A stretch of DNA of 64,000 bases, from the NCBI GenBank assembly GCA_000004985.1, contig GG738882.1; one strand, given 5' to 3'. Within the stretch, counting starts at the first letter, position 1. Each line of letters begins with the position of its first letter. The notes below the pieces were generated by a model. That model made no database searches and was not told where the DNA came from. It saw only the letters and a program-made list of their open reading frames with translations. The DNA comes from Naegleria gruberi (lineage: Eukaryota). Positions 20,109-31,294 of this stretch are shown here, piece after piece. A program made the position numbers and the translations under genes.

Positions 20109-23100
20109 ATGATGCAAGTTGTACAACAACAAGAATCGAATAATAATAACACAGCTTCTCAACATGAACCGATGATGGTAGTAGCATCTTCTTCATCTAC
20201 AACTTCACAACAATTAAACACCACAACAACAGCTCCAAAGAATGAAGGACAATCAACGGAAGGCATTCTGTTAAATTTTGATTCGAATAACAATAATAAC
20301 GAAACGATTGGTGAAGCATCAGAAGGCAATCATCAACATGAGAGAGTTATTTCTGATGTGGTTACTAACATCATTGACAAGATGATTAAAGATCATAACA
20401 ATGATGATAAGTCATCAGTTGAAGGTGGTGTTGTTGAAGAAAATTATAATCAACAAGAAGAATCTTCATCAACAATTGACGATGGACACAATGTGAAAAG
20501 TGTAACCTTTAATGATCAGGAAATATCTGATAAGAAAGCAGACGAAACAAAGGATGTGTCCTCTTCATATCCAACACCACCAAACATGACACCAAATGAT
20601 CATTCCATTCACTTGTCCACTCTTGACTGGGTCTCCAAACAAACCATGACAGGATCTTTTGGTGCAAGAGCTAAACACACAACAGTTTCGTTTACAAATT
20701 CTAAACAAGAACCTTGTATTTTAATTTTTGGAGGACAATCAAATATGGAAAGCTCAAAATCATCTTTATCTACAAATAGTATTGCTGAAAACTTGAATGG
20801 TATTGAAAATTCACTCTTCCTTCTCAAGAAATCTGCAGAACATGGTGATTGGCATTGTTTCTGTCCAGCTGTGAAGAATATTGCTCAATCTCCACCTAAA
20901 CTTCGTTATCATTCGGCTGTTTATTTTGAAGGAAGAATGTATGTATTTGGAGGAAAGAATAATTTGAGATATTTTGATCAATTATATGTAAGTTTTTCAG
21001 ATTGATTTAAATATTGAACTGTTTTTCATAAATTTCACAATTTTTCTAAATTTGATTGAAAAATTAGTCACTGAATTGTGAAACTTGGGAATGGAGTCAT
21101 ATTGTTTCACTCCAAAAATTCAGTACCAAACTCATCAAGGATTTCAAGAAACAATCATCAAGTAATTCACCATCAAATTCTCCACCCATTGGAAGAACTG
21201 TCAGAGAACAAATTAGCTTTGAGTCACTGATCAAGTTTCCATGTAAGAGAAGTAATCACACTGCAGTAGTTTTACCAAAATATAAGAAAATGCTTATTCA
21301 TGGAGGTAAATGTGGTGGTGAGGTTTTGGGAGATTTGTGGAGTTTTGATTTGGAAAGTTATGAATGGGATCATATTCAAATTGATATTAACAAGACATTG
21401 GTACCAAGTGAACGTCACTCTCACGCAGCAACTACACTCTACGAAAATCCAAATGTAATGCTATTCTATGGTGGTACTAATGGTAGTCATCAATTGAATG
21501 ATTTGTGGATGTTTGATATTTCATCTCGAGTTTTCACACCCATCACTCTGTGGAATAGTGTGTTAAATAATCCAGGACTCTCATTCAAAATGAGTGATAG
21601 TGGTGCTTCACATGCTGTTCAAGTTGCCACCAATTCTGTTTTTGGAAAGAAGCCATCAAGCTCTGACACCAAGAATATGGTAATTCCTCAACCAAGAACT
21701 GGACACACTTTCATTTCTCTTGGTAATGGCTACCTTATGGTGCATGGTGGCTATTCTAACAGAAGATTCTGTAAAGATTTTGTAATTATAGACTTGCAAA
21801 AGATGGAATACATTGATTGCTCTGATTTGCCAAGAAAAGAGTTGCCATGCTCTAGAAAATCTCACACCATGACAAGTATCTCTGATGAATATATTGCTCT
21901 GATTGGCGGTGTCTCTAGAAAACGAGGCAAGCTTGGTGATTTTGAATTGATTGATAAGAAGTCACTTCTCCACACATTGATGAATGATGAGCAGTGTGAT
22001 GTGGAGGATTTCAAGTCTGTTCTAAAAAAGAAATTTAATCTCGATTTGGATGATTCTACGAGATCTGCCTCCTCACACATTCAATCGTTGGATAATGTCA
22101 AGGATTTGTTAGATGCTGGATCCATCTTACTTTCTATTAGGGAGTATTCTTTGGCTAGAGAATGTTTCTCCAAAGCTTGCTCAATCAGTCCAAAGAATGT
22201 AGAAGCCAGAGAGAAGAGAGCTGTCTGTAGCTACATGATTGGTGAACATTTGGAATGTATTGAAGATTTTAGTAGTATTGAGAAATGCACCGATCAAACG
22301 TACGATCTCATCAAGGCCCATTGCTACCTTAGAATGGGACAATATCGAACTGCATCAACCATTCTTCAAACCATCAAGCAACAAGTCAACCAAGATGAAC
22401 AATCTGTTCTCCTCGATGTTATGAGACAAATTATGGAACATTACGAGTCTAGCACTGAAAACAAGAACAAGACATCTGGTGCCAGAGAAAGTAGAGCTTC
22501 TCAAGCTTACTATGCTTCACACATTGATGATTATATTTTCGAGCCAAATTTTGCACGTTATGTTGACTTGGAAGCAGAGAATAAGACAAATGACGAGTTG
22601 AATACTTCAATTGCCGAACCGTTCTCATTACTCTTTATAGGTGAAGATAAGAGTGGATTGACATCATATTTACAACAAATAAGAACCATGTTCAGACAGA
22701 GTGTCAGTTTACAGGAAGCCAAAACCTACAAGCAACATATTCAAGCATTCACTGCCTGGTTGTTCCATCAATTTATTAGTTTGAAACAATTGTTGCAAGC
22801 TTTAGATAAGGAAGAACCACTTATTGTACTTTCACCTGATTTGTCAAAGAATTGCGAAGCCCTTTTTGATATTTTGGATAATTCTGATAAGCATGCCTGC
22901 ACATTCCTCATTCCACAAGTGAGAGATTCCATTGTTGCCTTGTCCACCAATAAGGAATTTGTCAAGATCTTTACAAATTTATCCTCAATCTATGGAAAGC
23001 TTTCTAACAAGTATTATTTCACGTCACTTCCACACGACATTCACAAATTGTTCTTTACTGCCAACATTGCATAGTAAGTGCTTTTATTTTCTCATTGTTT

Positions 23101-24039
23101 TTAACATATATTATTATTGTAGCTTTTTGAATGAAGCTCCAAGAATTCTCCAAGAAAATTACTTACCAACAGAGTTTGATATTGTTGCCTATCCAGAAAA
23201 GACTCATTTCCATCCATTGAACATAATTGAAAATGAATTGGCCAGCAGGGAAATGACAGAAGAAGTTAGAAGATCCTCTATCAAGACCACATCTTCACAA
23301 AGCATTAGTGATGACATGTTCACCGAAGACCTTTCACAATACAGAAATAATTACGAAAGTTTGAATATGAGTACTGAAAAGGCGCCTCTCGAATTCATGT
23401 TCAGAAGAACACCGTATACCATCTTCTCAACAAGAACCAGTGTAGATGAGAAGAAGGTCACCTCTGCAATTAAAGAGCTCTCTATCGATGCCATTGTCAT
23501 TACTGTTTCCCTGGAAGATATTGATCAACAAAATAATTCAGTGGTCGGATCAAGTTCAATACCAACTCTAAACTTTTTAAAGAAACAAGTAATTGTCAAT
23601 GGAAAATCAAGTGCATCCATTGTAAACATTTTCAAAATTTTGGAAAAATTATTGATGGCAGAAGAGTTTGCAGACACTCAAATTTGCTTTATTTTCACAC
23701 ATCTCGATATATTTGTAAGTAGATTTAACATTCCTCAATCAAATATTAACAATTTCCATCTGAAACCCTTTTTAACAGAATCAAAAACTTTCTCAAGATC
23801 CATCCCTACTCACCAAGGTTTTCCCTAAATATTCCCCAAGCCCTAAAAAACCACCAATCAAATATTTGGAAGAAACATTTGAACTTTTCAATAGCAAACA
23901 TAAGAGAAGAAGAAGATTCCACTATTCGTTTGTTAATACATTTGATAAGGAAGATGTTAGAAAGTCCTTTAAGAATATTCACGAGGTGGTATACAGTGTT
24001 GAACTCAAGAGAAAATTGGACATGTACAAGATGTTGTAA
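20109..24039 (+). CDS. Kelch-repeat / TPR-like / G-alpha-like multidomain protein, 4 exons (20109..20987, 21068..23073, 23123..23714, 23779..24039), about 1280 aa
   Basis: Three introns inferred from in-frame joins. (1) GTAAGT at 20988 to TTAG at 21067, 80 nt; this restores a kelch blade LNCETWEWSHI that continues into ORF 21290. (2) GTAAGT beginning inside the apparent TAG stop at 23074, through TGTAG at 23122, 49 nt; splicing gives ...[27 protein letters not shown]. (3) GTAAGT at 23715 to TTAACAG at 23778, 64 nt; this joins FIFTHLDIF to NQKLSQDPSLLTKVFPKY. G-alpha homology blocks: FSLLFIGEDKSGLTSYLQQIRTMF ~ [43 protein letters not shown] ~ [33 protein letters not shown]...LTKVFPKY ~ IILFLNKKDLF...LTICYPEY; FHYSFVNTFDKEDV ~ THFTCATDTKNV. 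Kelch motifs: GARAKHTTVSF, HSAVYFEGRMYVFGG, LIHGGKCGG..LGDLWSFD, HAATTL...MLFYGG. Confidence 0.6.
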
Positions 24040-24759
24040 ATCTACTAGAATATTGTTTGGAATCTTGATTATGATGAAATGAAAATTGTATTTTTTGAAT
24101 TGTAAATATATGAATTGCGTTTATTCTTCTTCAAACTTATTGTCCTGTAACAAACATCCTAAATTGGAATTTTTCTCAACATAAAAATGGACAGTTGACT
24201 TTGGTCAAACGTCTTGTGAACTTGAGACTGAAGAATAACAAATACAATTTATTCCAATGATTCGAATATTAACCCAAACAACTTGAACATTTCCAACTTT
24301 CGAATTACAACTAATAACAACTCAAGTTTAGTTATTGTTTCATCTATTAAAACACGAATCACACCCAACAGTTCTGTCAAAATGAAACCCCACATGTGGG
24401 CGTCCTCAAACAAAAACGTACAATTTACTGATTTGCTAAAAGTGACATGTCAAATGTATAGCAAATTAATGCACCTTCTAGAAGAAATAAAAACCTTCAA
24501 AAAAACGAACAAGCATCCTTCATCATTACATTCTAGAGTGCTGTTCTCAGTGGTTCACTTTCTCACATTTGATCATCAATAGGTTCTATTCGAAACTTGA
24601 GAATTTGCGAATTGGATAGAAATAATCTTCAGTGAAATCTTCATCAATATTTATTCAAAGGTCCAAAAACAAGACTGACAAGCCCACAAACATTCATTTC
24701 TGAAAAAAGAATCTTAATTTGTGAGTCTTTCGAATAGTGAGAGACCTTCATTAAATTCA

Positions 24760-25506
24760 ATGGTTGCAACAACAGCAAGTACCACAACAACAACGAATAC
24801 TACTGGTAGACACCTTCTCACATCATCCTCTTCATCTTCCACTGATCACAATGAAATGATTAATAATTCTAATAATTATTCGAATCCTACCCACAACAAG
24901 TACTCTCCTAAACCTTTCATTGTCTCCAAGGAACGATTTAGAAGTGTGAGTTCGGCAACAATCAGTCCTCATCTCCCTCCAACATCTTTACTTTCCAATA
25001 ATTCTTCATCTTCATCAAGCCAACTTTCGAATACGACTACTCAACAAGACCCAAATCACCAGCACACCTCAACAACAACACCAACAATCCGAGATTTAAA
25101 CCTTCCCACAGTTCGTAAATCGAGAAGGAAAAAACCCATCCACTCACAAGATGGTGAAAATCCACTCTCCGAAGAAGAATATCGAAGACTCATGATGTTG
25201 AAGAGGAAATCGAGGTTTATCTACTCTTCTTCAATGACTGTAAATTCCCGCCAAAAAGAAAATTACGATAATGAAGATGATGATGAAGGAAGCTTTTATG
25301 ATGAAGAGGAGGTGAATTCTTCTTCTGGGGTGATGATGAAAAATGTTATGGGAGATAATGATTTTTCAAAGCTATTTGATAATTTGGAGGGACAAGATTT
25401 GGAGACGCAATTTAATAACTTTCTGAATGCCTTGCAAGGTAGAACAACAAATAGTAATTTAAGTCTTCTTCCTCCGATCCCGCTATTAGTAATAATAATA
25501 ATTTAA
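24760..25506 (+). CDS. Low-complexity Ser/Thr/Asn-rich hypothetical protein; could instead be a 5' exon of the downstream RGS gene
   Basis: ATG at 24760 (MVATTASTTTTTNTTGRHLL...) opens a 248-aa ORF ending PLLVIIII. Frame 0, which carries the RGS ORF, is also open from 25458. No acceptable intron joins the two frames. Confidence 0.3.
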   Translation: MVATTASTTTTTNTTGRHLLTSSSSSSTDHNEMINNSNNYSNPTHNKYSPKPFIVSKERFRSVSSATISPHLPPTSLLSNNSSSSSSQLSNTTTQQDPNHQHTSTTTPTIRDLNLPTVRKSRRKKPIHSQDGENPLSEEEYRRLMMLKRKSRFIYSSSMTVNSRQKENYDNEDDDEGSFYDEEEVNSSSGVMMKNVMGDNDFSKLFDNLEGQDLETQFNNFLNALQGRTTNSNLSLLPPIPLLVIIII

Positions 25507-25583
25507 ATACTGATAATGTTCCTCATTATCCACATAATGATAATATTAATGGTAATATTAATGATAACAATGAAATATCAACA

Positions 25584-28292
25584 ATGAAGAATAATCATCA
25601 TCCTCATCAACATAATAACAACTCATGCAGACACTCAGACATTCCTCGTGTATTGATGGAACATTTCCAAAAGGAGGAATTTGAGTGGAAGCAACAGGTA
25701 AGGCAACTCAATGCCTCCCGAGAAGCTACAACGCTACACCACCTTCCAGACAAGTACTGCCAGATGTCTACTTTCACCCTCAATAATAACGGCTCGTCTA
25801 CTGAATCGGATCTTTTCGAATCACATCATGATGGTCTCAACAACAAGAAACTAAAAAACAATAATAACACTACTTCTGTATCTTCAACATTGGAAGAGCA
25901 GAGAAGAGGTCAACAACAACAATATTCGAGTAATCATTACAATTTCAACAATAACACCTACGCTAATACTTTTGCATCATCTTCCTTTAGCGGTGCAGAA
26001 AGCAATCATTTACTGATCGGTAATAATAACGAGAATACTTTTAACTATTCGAAACCTTTCTACACAACACATTCCATGATGAATGAAAGCGAGTATCTGC
26101 AGGCAACTTCCTCTGCAACTGACTATTCCTATCCAATGTTTCACACTGATGATGAATCCTCTCTCATGTTCGATGACGATAATCATCAAGCAACAACAGA
26201 CTCATCACCTTTTGAAAAACTCATACTCGACGATGATGAATTACTTGACTATGGTGATTGTGATACATATGGAGATCTTGATGAATTTAATAATAACGAT
26301 AAGACTCCAACAATGGAAGATTACATGGACGAATCATCCTTCTTTATTGAACAAACACCTCCTCCACAGAGACCAATTTACCTCTCCTTACAGCCAGTAT
26401 CACCACTCATGTCTGCAACAAGCTCTGAATTGACCAAGCCAAGAAAATCCTCTACAAGTGGTGGAATTAATTCACCTTCATCATCAAGAACGACAAATAA
26501 TTTGAACAACAATACACTTCTGGTGGCATCAGATGAATTGGATGTTTTTACTGGGGATTCACCATCTCTGAACACAGCAACCATTTCGAATGAGAATACT
26601 TGTGTTACAGGTAGTCCAATAGATACATCGAGAAAATCCAAGGTGAGACACGGATCCGTGCCTTCAGAGGAATTCAACAAGTTTCTTCAAATTTCATCTC
26701 CACAACAACAACAACTTTTTCAGGGGGCTTGTTCTCCTGCCAGAGCTTTATCACCAACCACTTCTTCTATTGCTTGTTCTCCTGGCAAGGTATCTTCTCA
26801 TCATTCTAGGAAAATGTCTAATCATGGAATTGGTCATATGAGGAGTAATTCTGGAATTAAAAAACAACCACGAGCCAACAGTTATACAGTTTCATCAATT
26901 CTAGGAGATCCACAACTCAAGCCATTATTTTTCGACTTTCTAAATGAACATCACAATTCGGAGCTAGTTCTCTTCTTACAGGAAGAAGAAGAATTCAGAT
27001 CAGAGTGCCAGAACTGCATTGCTTCAAATATTGGAAAGTTAATGATAGAGTATGAAATCAAAATGGAAAGGATTAAACAAATTTTCGAGACATATATTAA
27101 ACCAGGATCAAATAGCGAGCTTAATTTATCAAACGAAACCAGACTCAAAGTCGAGAATAGAGTCAGTGCTTTATTGATTCCACCAGTGATATCGAGACAT
27201 AAGGGTGTTGGCGATTTACATCTTTCGAGGTGGATTTCTCCAGATACTTTCGAGGCAGCCACAACAGAGGTCAAGATTAGCTTGAAAAATCACATTCTTC
27301 CACTTTTCCTTGAGAGTTCACGATTTGAAAATTATCTTGTGCAGAAACACATTCAAGATAATACAGTTTCTAATTTGAGAGGAAAGAAAATCCAAAGAAT
27401 GCTGGGTTATTACATACCAGAGAGTGCTAAGGATTATTCATTCTATGTTAATGGAACAACTGTTGGACTTGGCAAGCAACAGCAGCAACAACAACAAATG
27501 CAACAACCACAGCATTCACAACATCATCACTATTCTACTATCAATGACCCAACAGCCAAGAAGAGTAGACCTAAGAAATCGTTGGCTGCCCTCTTTGGAA
27601 ATAACCATGCGCCATCCCAAAATCATAATAATCCAACAATGGAGCAACCAGTACTTAATGACACATCTCCAAAGAGTCCATTCAAGAATGAACAACACAA
27701 GAATCAATCATTGAGCAAATTCAAAAATTGGATTTTAGGAAAGAGACATCCTGCAGAAAGCCCAAATCCATCTTCTTCATGGTCAACTCTCTCCAAAAAG
27801 TCTCAACTCACTGTTAATAATGCTTCTAACTCTTCCCCACAACTTGTTGGAACCTCTAGTCATATTAAGATTTCACCTCGAGAAATGGAATCAGATCCAA
27901 ATAAGAAGGTTGCCAATGCATTCTTACCTCTAACAATGTCATCTGGTCAATCCAACAACACAAATACTCCAGAAATCAACTCGCTCATCAATGATGGTAT
28001 TATTTTCATCAAGGTTCATACAAAAAAGAGAGGAAACTGCAAAATTCTTGAAATTAATATCGACAAAATGTCCCTGTTATCAGACCAAGACAAGAAACTT
28101 GCCAATCAACTCAAAAATGTCTTACTAACCCACATTGATGCAGATATTAATCCTTTCGACAAGTATCCTCACCTGAGAGAATTTCTTCAAACAAAAATCT
28201 CTGTTCAATCCCAAAAGAATTGGGAAGAAATCAATGAAGATTGCATCATCAAGGTCAAAAGTCCAGCAACTAGTAACTTTTTCAAACTATAA
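25584..28292 (+). CDS. RGS (regulator of G-protein signalling) domain protein with long N/Q/S-rich low-complexity regions
   Basis: 902-aa ORF. Central RGS domain (about 26920..27350): LKPLFFDFLNEHHNSELVLFLQEEEEFRSE ... IKPGSNSELNLSNETRLKV ... FEAA ... PLFLESSRFENYL. This matches the RGS pattern F..FL..E.S.ENL.FW...E.F ... FL.S..Y..L. Flanked by poly-Q (QQQQQQQMQQPQ) and Asn-rich tracts. Confidence 0.65.
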   Translation: MKNNHHPHQHNNNSCRHSDIPRVLMEHFQKEEFEWKQQVRQLNASREATTLHHLPDKYCQMSTFTLNNNGSSTESDLFESHHDGLNNKKLKNNNNTTSVSSTLEEQRRGQQQQYSSNHYNFNNNTYANTFASSSFSGAESNHLLIGNNNENTFNYSKPFYTTHSMMNESEYLQATSSATDYSYPMFHTDDESSLMFDDDNHQATTDSSPFEKLILDDDELLDYGDCDTYGDLDEFNNNDKTPTMEDYMDESSFFIEQTPPPQRPIYLSLQPVSPLMSATSSELTKPRKSSTSGGINSPSSSRTTNNLNNNTLLVASDELDVFTGDSPSLNTATISNENTCVTGSPIDTSRKSKVRHGSVPSEEFNKFLQISSPQQQQLFQGACSPARALSPTTSSIACSPGKVSSHHSRKMSNHGIGHMRSNSGIKKQPRANSYTVSSILGDPQLKPLFFDFLNEHHNSELVLFLQEEEEFRSECQNCIASNIGKLMIEYEIKMERIKQIFETYIKPGSNSELNLSNETRLKVENRVSALLIPPVISRHKGVGDLHLSRWISPDTFEAATTEVKISLKNHILPLFLESSRFENYLVQKHIQDNTVSNLRGKKIQRMLGYYIPESAKDYSFYVNGTTVGLGKQQQQQQQMQQPQHSQHHHYSTINDPTAKKSRPKKSLAALFGNNHAPSQNHNNPTMEQPVLNDTSPKSPFKNEQHKNQSLSKFKNWILGKRHPAESPNPSSSWSTLSKKSQLTVNNASNSSPQLVGTSSHIKISPREMESDPNKKVANAFLPLTMSSGQSNNTNTPEINSLINDGIIFIKVHTKKRGNCKILEINIDKMSLLSDQDKKLANQLKNVLLTHIDADINPFDKYPHLREFLQTKISVQSQKNWEEINEDCIIKVKSPATSNFFKL

Positions 28293-28597
28293 ATTTTTTA
28301 TCAATTTATAATATGAATGCCATCCAAATGATAATTATTAACTTCAAGCACATTGTGTCTCGGAAAGTGTTTTATACAAAACAAACTTTCTTGCAAATTG
28401 TACAAAATGTTGTGTTTTTTTGAGTGTTGGGAATTCTCAACTTATTGTGCCTTTGAACCTTTAAAAGCCTTCAAATAATTCAATTTCAACTAGAAAAAAA
28501 TAACAAAACACACAAAGCACATCAGCAAATATATTTTCGTCTGTTGAAAAAAGGCTTCGGAAAGGCTTTAGCAATCACAAAACAATAATCACACACA

Positions 28598-31294
28598 ATG
28601 AGTTCAAATAGAGGAGGTGGAGGTAATAGTAGAGGAGGAGAGAGAGGAGGTGGCACTTATAGAGGTGGCAGTAGAGGAGGTGGAGGTGCTGGTAGGGGAA
28701 GTGGTAGTAGCAGAGCAGTGGTGGATCATCATTCTGGAGGAAGTAGCAGTGGTCAATTCCATTCAAGTAGACCTTCGTCATCATCATCATCAGGTGGAGC
28801 TAGTAGTAGTAGCAGTAGCAGTCGTGGTTCTTATGGTTCAAAGACACCTTCCCATGGTGGTCGTGGAACTGGTTTCAACCAACAGCCTTCTCAACTATCA
28901 TTTGGTAATAGAAAAGCCATTGAGGAAGTTTCCATCAGAACTATCAAGATTGAAGATCTCTCAAATGTTGGCTCTTCGAGTGCACAAACAGAAAGACCAG
29001 CAGAAAGCACTACCTCACGTGCTGTAGTCAACTATTTCCCTGTAAAAGCTCCTGAGGGACCTTTCTATCTCTATGATGTAAAGATTAATCCTGATGTTGA
29101 CAGCAAGTATTTTGCTGGGAACTTAGTCAAACAAGTCATGCCAATCAATGAGATTTATCTTTTTGATGGAACAACAGTTCTCTACACTAAAAATCCACTC
29201 ACCAAGAATAAGGAAACTTTTGAGAAAACTTTAGTTAAGGATAAGAAAGTCTACAAGGTTACAATTAATTTTGCTAGAAGTATAACCTCTAAAGTAATAG
29301 ATGCAACCACTCTCCAATTTATGAATATCATTTTGAGAAAGGCTCAAAACAGCTTGCATTTACAAAGAATTGGCAGACATTACTATAATACTAACGAAAA
29401 AGTCGTTGCCAATATTGAAAATCATCATATTAAGATATTACCTGGTGCATTATCAACAACATTCTTAGGCAGCAAGGGGCTGATGTTGAATGTGGACATG
29501 ATCTACAAAACTTTAAGAACAGACACTGTGTATTCTATGCTTATGGATCTAATGGACAAGTTTGATAGTCATGACAGAATTGCAAATGAATTCAGAAATA
29601 CCATTGTATTATGCACCTACAATCAACGAACTGTACATATTGATGATGTAGATTTTGAAAAGACCCCAAAATCTACATTTGTAAAGAAAACTGGTGAAAA
29701 GATTACATTTGCCAAATATTATCAAGAACAATACAAAATTAAGGTTAAGGATATGAATCAACCATTGTTAAAGCATGTAGATAGAAAAGACCCTCAAAAA
29801 ATTGAATATTATCTACCTGAATTGTGTTTGCTTACTGGATTGACTGATGATATGAGAAAGAATCACCAATTAATGAAGGCTCTCAAGGATGCCACAGGTC
29901 TCACTCCAAATCAAAGAATTAGACAAATTGTACACTCACAACAAGAATGTCTTCAAAATGAGGAATATACCGACCAATTAGGTCTTTGGGGATTGGAAAT
30001 TAATGATAAGTTATTGGAGGTGGAGACCACTGTTCTTCCATGCGAGAAAGTGGAATTTGGTGATAATTTGCAAAAAACTGCCACTGGAGCATCTTGGGAG
30101 GTAAAGAGAGAAAAACTCTTCAAACCAGTTAAGATCGACAATTGGTGTGTTTTCCATCCAAATGGAACAAAACAAGACACTACAAACTTTATCAAATCAT
30201 TGAATGATGTTTCCAAGCCAATAGGAATGATTTTAGGAACTCCTAAACTAGTTGAACTTAGTGGAAACAATGAGGAAACATATGCATCTGAAATTGAAGA
30301 ATATATGAGCGGTAATAAGCCTTCTTTTGCTCTGGTGGTTTTATTTAATGATCAAAAGCAAAGATATTCGAGAGTCAAGGAGGTATTGTGCAATCAAGTT
30401 GGTATAATTAGCCAATGTGTTAAATTGAGTACCATTACTAACGAAAAGGGATTAGCATCTAAGGCAACCAAGGTAATAGTGCAAATTTGTTCTAAAATGG
30501 GAGGTGCACCATGGACAGTTCCTCTTGCTTTTCCAAACAAGGAACCAACTATGATTATTGGAATGGATGTATACCACTCAGGAGAAATTTACAAAAGAAA
30601 AAAGGCTAGTGTAGCTGGATTTGTAGCAAGTATTGATGCAAAAATTTCTACATACTTTACAAAGTGTATAATTCAAGAAGCTGGAAAGGAAATTGTAGAT
30701 GAGTTGGAAGAATGTATGACTGCTGCCCTCAACAAATTCAAGGAAAAGAATAAGATATTACCAAAACATGTTATTTTCTATAGAGATGGTGTTGGAGAAG
30801 GCCAGAAAGAGGCTGTATTGGAGAGGGAAGTAATGGCTTGTAAGAAAGCTATTATGAATATTGCTCCAAGTTGCAAACTCAATTATATTGTAGTTTCCAA
30901 GAGAATTAATACTAGAATATTTGCTCAAACAGATCCAACCAAGCCAACTGATTTCACCAATCCACAACCTGGAACAGTTTTGGATTATGGAGTTACCAGT
31001 CAAAGAGAAGATCCTTTGGCCATTGAATTTTATTTGGTTGCTCAAAAGGTTGATAATGGTCAAGGAACAGCTACTCCAACCAAATACCACTCCATCTTTA
31101 ACGAAAGCTCTCTGTCTAAACAATATTTGGAGACACTTTCATTCAGACTTTGCCACAATTATTATAATTGGTTTGGAACTATCAGAGTGCCATCTCCATG
31201 TATGTATGCACACAAGATTGCTTCCTTAGTTGGACAATACACCAAATCAGCAGACTTTAAAGATGTGCTTAACGACAAACTCTTCTACTTGTAA
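28598..31294 (+). CDS. Argonaute/Piwi family protein (Piwi-clade-like), RGG-repeat N-terminus, PAZ-MID-PIWI, intact DDH
   Basis: 898-aa intronless ORF. N-terminus GGGGNSRGGERGGGTYRGGSRGGGGAGRG is RG/RGG-rich. PIWI domain catalytic residues in canonical contexts: IGMDVYH (first Asp), VIFYRDGVGEGQ (second Asp), PCMYAHKIA (His). Ends ...NDKLFYL, like Piwi proteins (LFYL) rather than AGO-clade proteins (MYFA). Confidence 0.9.
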   Translation: MSSNRGGGGNSRGGERGGGTYRGGSRGGGGAGRGSGSSRAVVDHHSGGSSSGQFHSSRPSSSSSSGGASSSSSSSRGSYGSKTPSHGGRGTGFNQQPSQLSFGNRKAIEEVSIRTIKIEDLSNVGSSSAQTERPAESTTSRAVVNYFPVKAPEGPFYLYDVKINPDVDSKYFAGNLVKQVMPINEIYLFDGTTVLYTKNPLTKNKETFEKTLVKDKKVYKVTINFARSITSKVIDATTLQFMNIILRKAQNSLHLQRIGRHYYNTNEKVVANIENHHIKILPGALSTTFLGSKGLMLNVDMIYKTLRTDTVYSMLMDLMDKFDSHDRIANEFRNTIVLCTYNQRTVHIDDVDFEKTPKSTFVKKTGEKITFAKYYQEQYKIKVKDMNQPLLKHVDRKDPQKIEYYLPELCLLTGLTDDMRKNHQLMKALKDATGLTPNQRIRQIVHSQQECLQNEEYTDQLGLWGLEINDKLLEVETTVLPCEKVEFGDNLQKTATGASWEVKREKLFKPVKIDNWCVFHPNGTKQDTTNFIKSLNDVSKPIGMILGTPKLVELSGNNEETYASEIEEYMSGNKPSFALVVLFNDQKQRYSRVKEVLCNQVGIISQCVKLSTITNEKGLASKATKVIVQICSKMGGAPWTVPLAFPNKEPTMIIGMDVYHSGEIYKRKKASVAGFVASIDAKISTYFTKCIIQEAGKEIVDELEECMTAALNKFKEKNKILPKHVIFYRDGVGEGQKEAVLEREVMACKKAIMNIAPSCKLNYIVVSKRINTRIFAQTDPTKPTDFTNPQPGTVLDYGVTSQREDPLAIEFYLVAQKVDNGQGTATPTKYHSIFNESSLSKQYLETLSFRLCHNYYNWFGTIRVPSPCMYAHKIASLVGQYTKSADFKDVLNDKLFYL

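Noticed and set aside
25454-25489. Possible 36-nt intron (GTAATTT...TATTAG) that would join the 24760..25506 ORF to the RGS ORF
   Set aside because: It is shorter than every well-supported intron in the window (43-80 nt) and has a weak donor (GTAATT). The two ORFs were left as separate models, and the ambiguity is flagged.
28617-29027. 136-aa ORF overlapping the Argonaute N-terminus in another frame (MEVIVEEEREEVALIEVAVEEVEV...)
   Set aside because: Frame-shifted reading of the GGA/GGT/AGA-rich RGG-coding region. The in-frame Piwi protein is far better supported.
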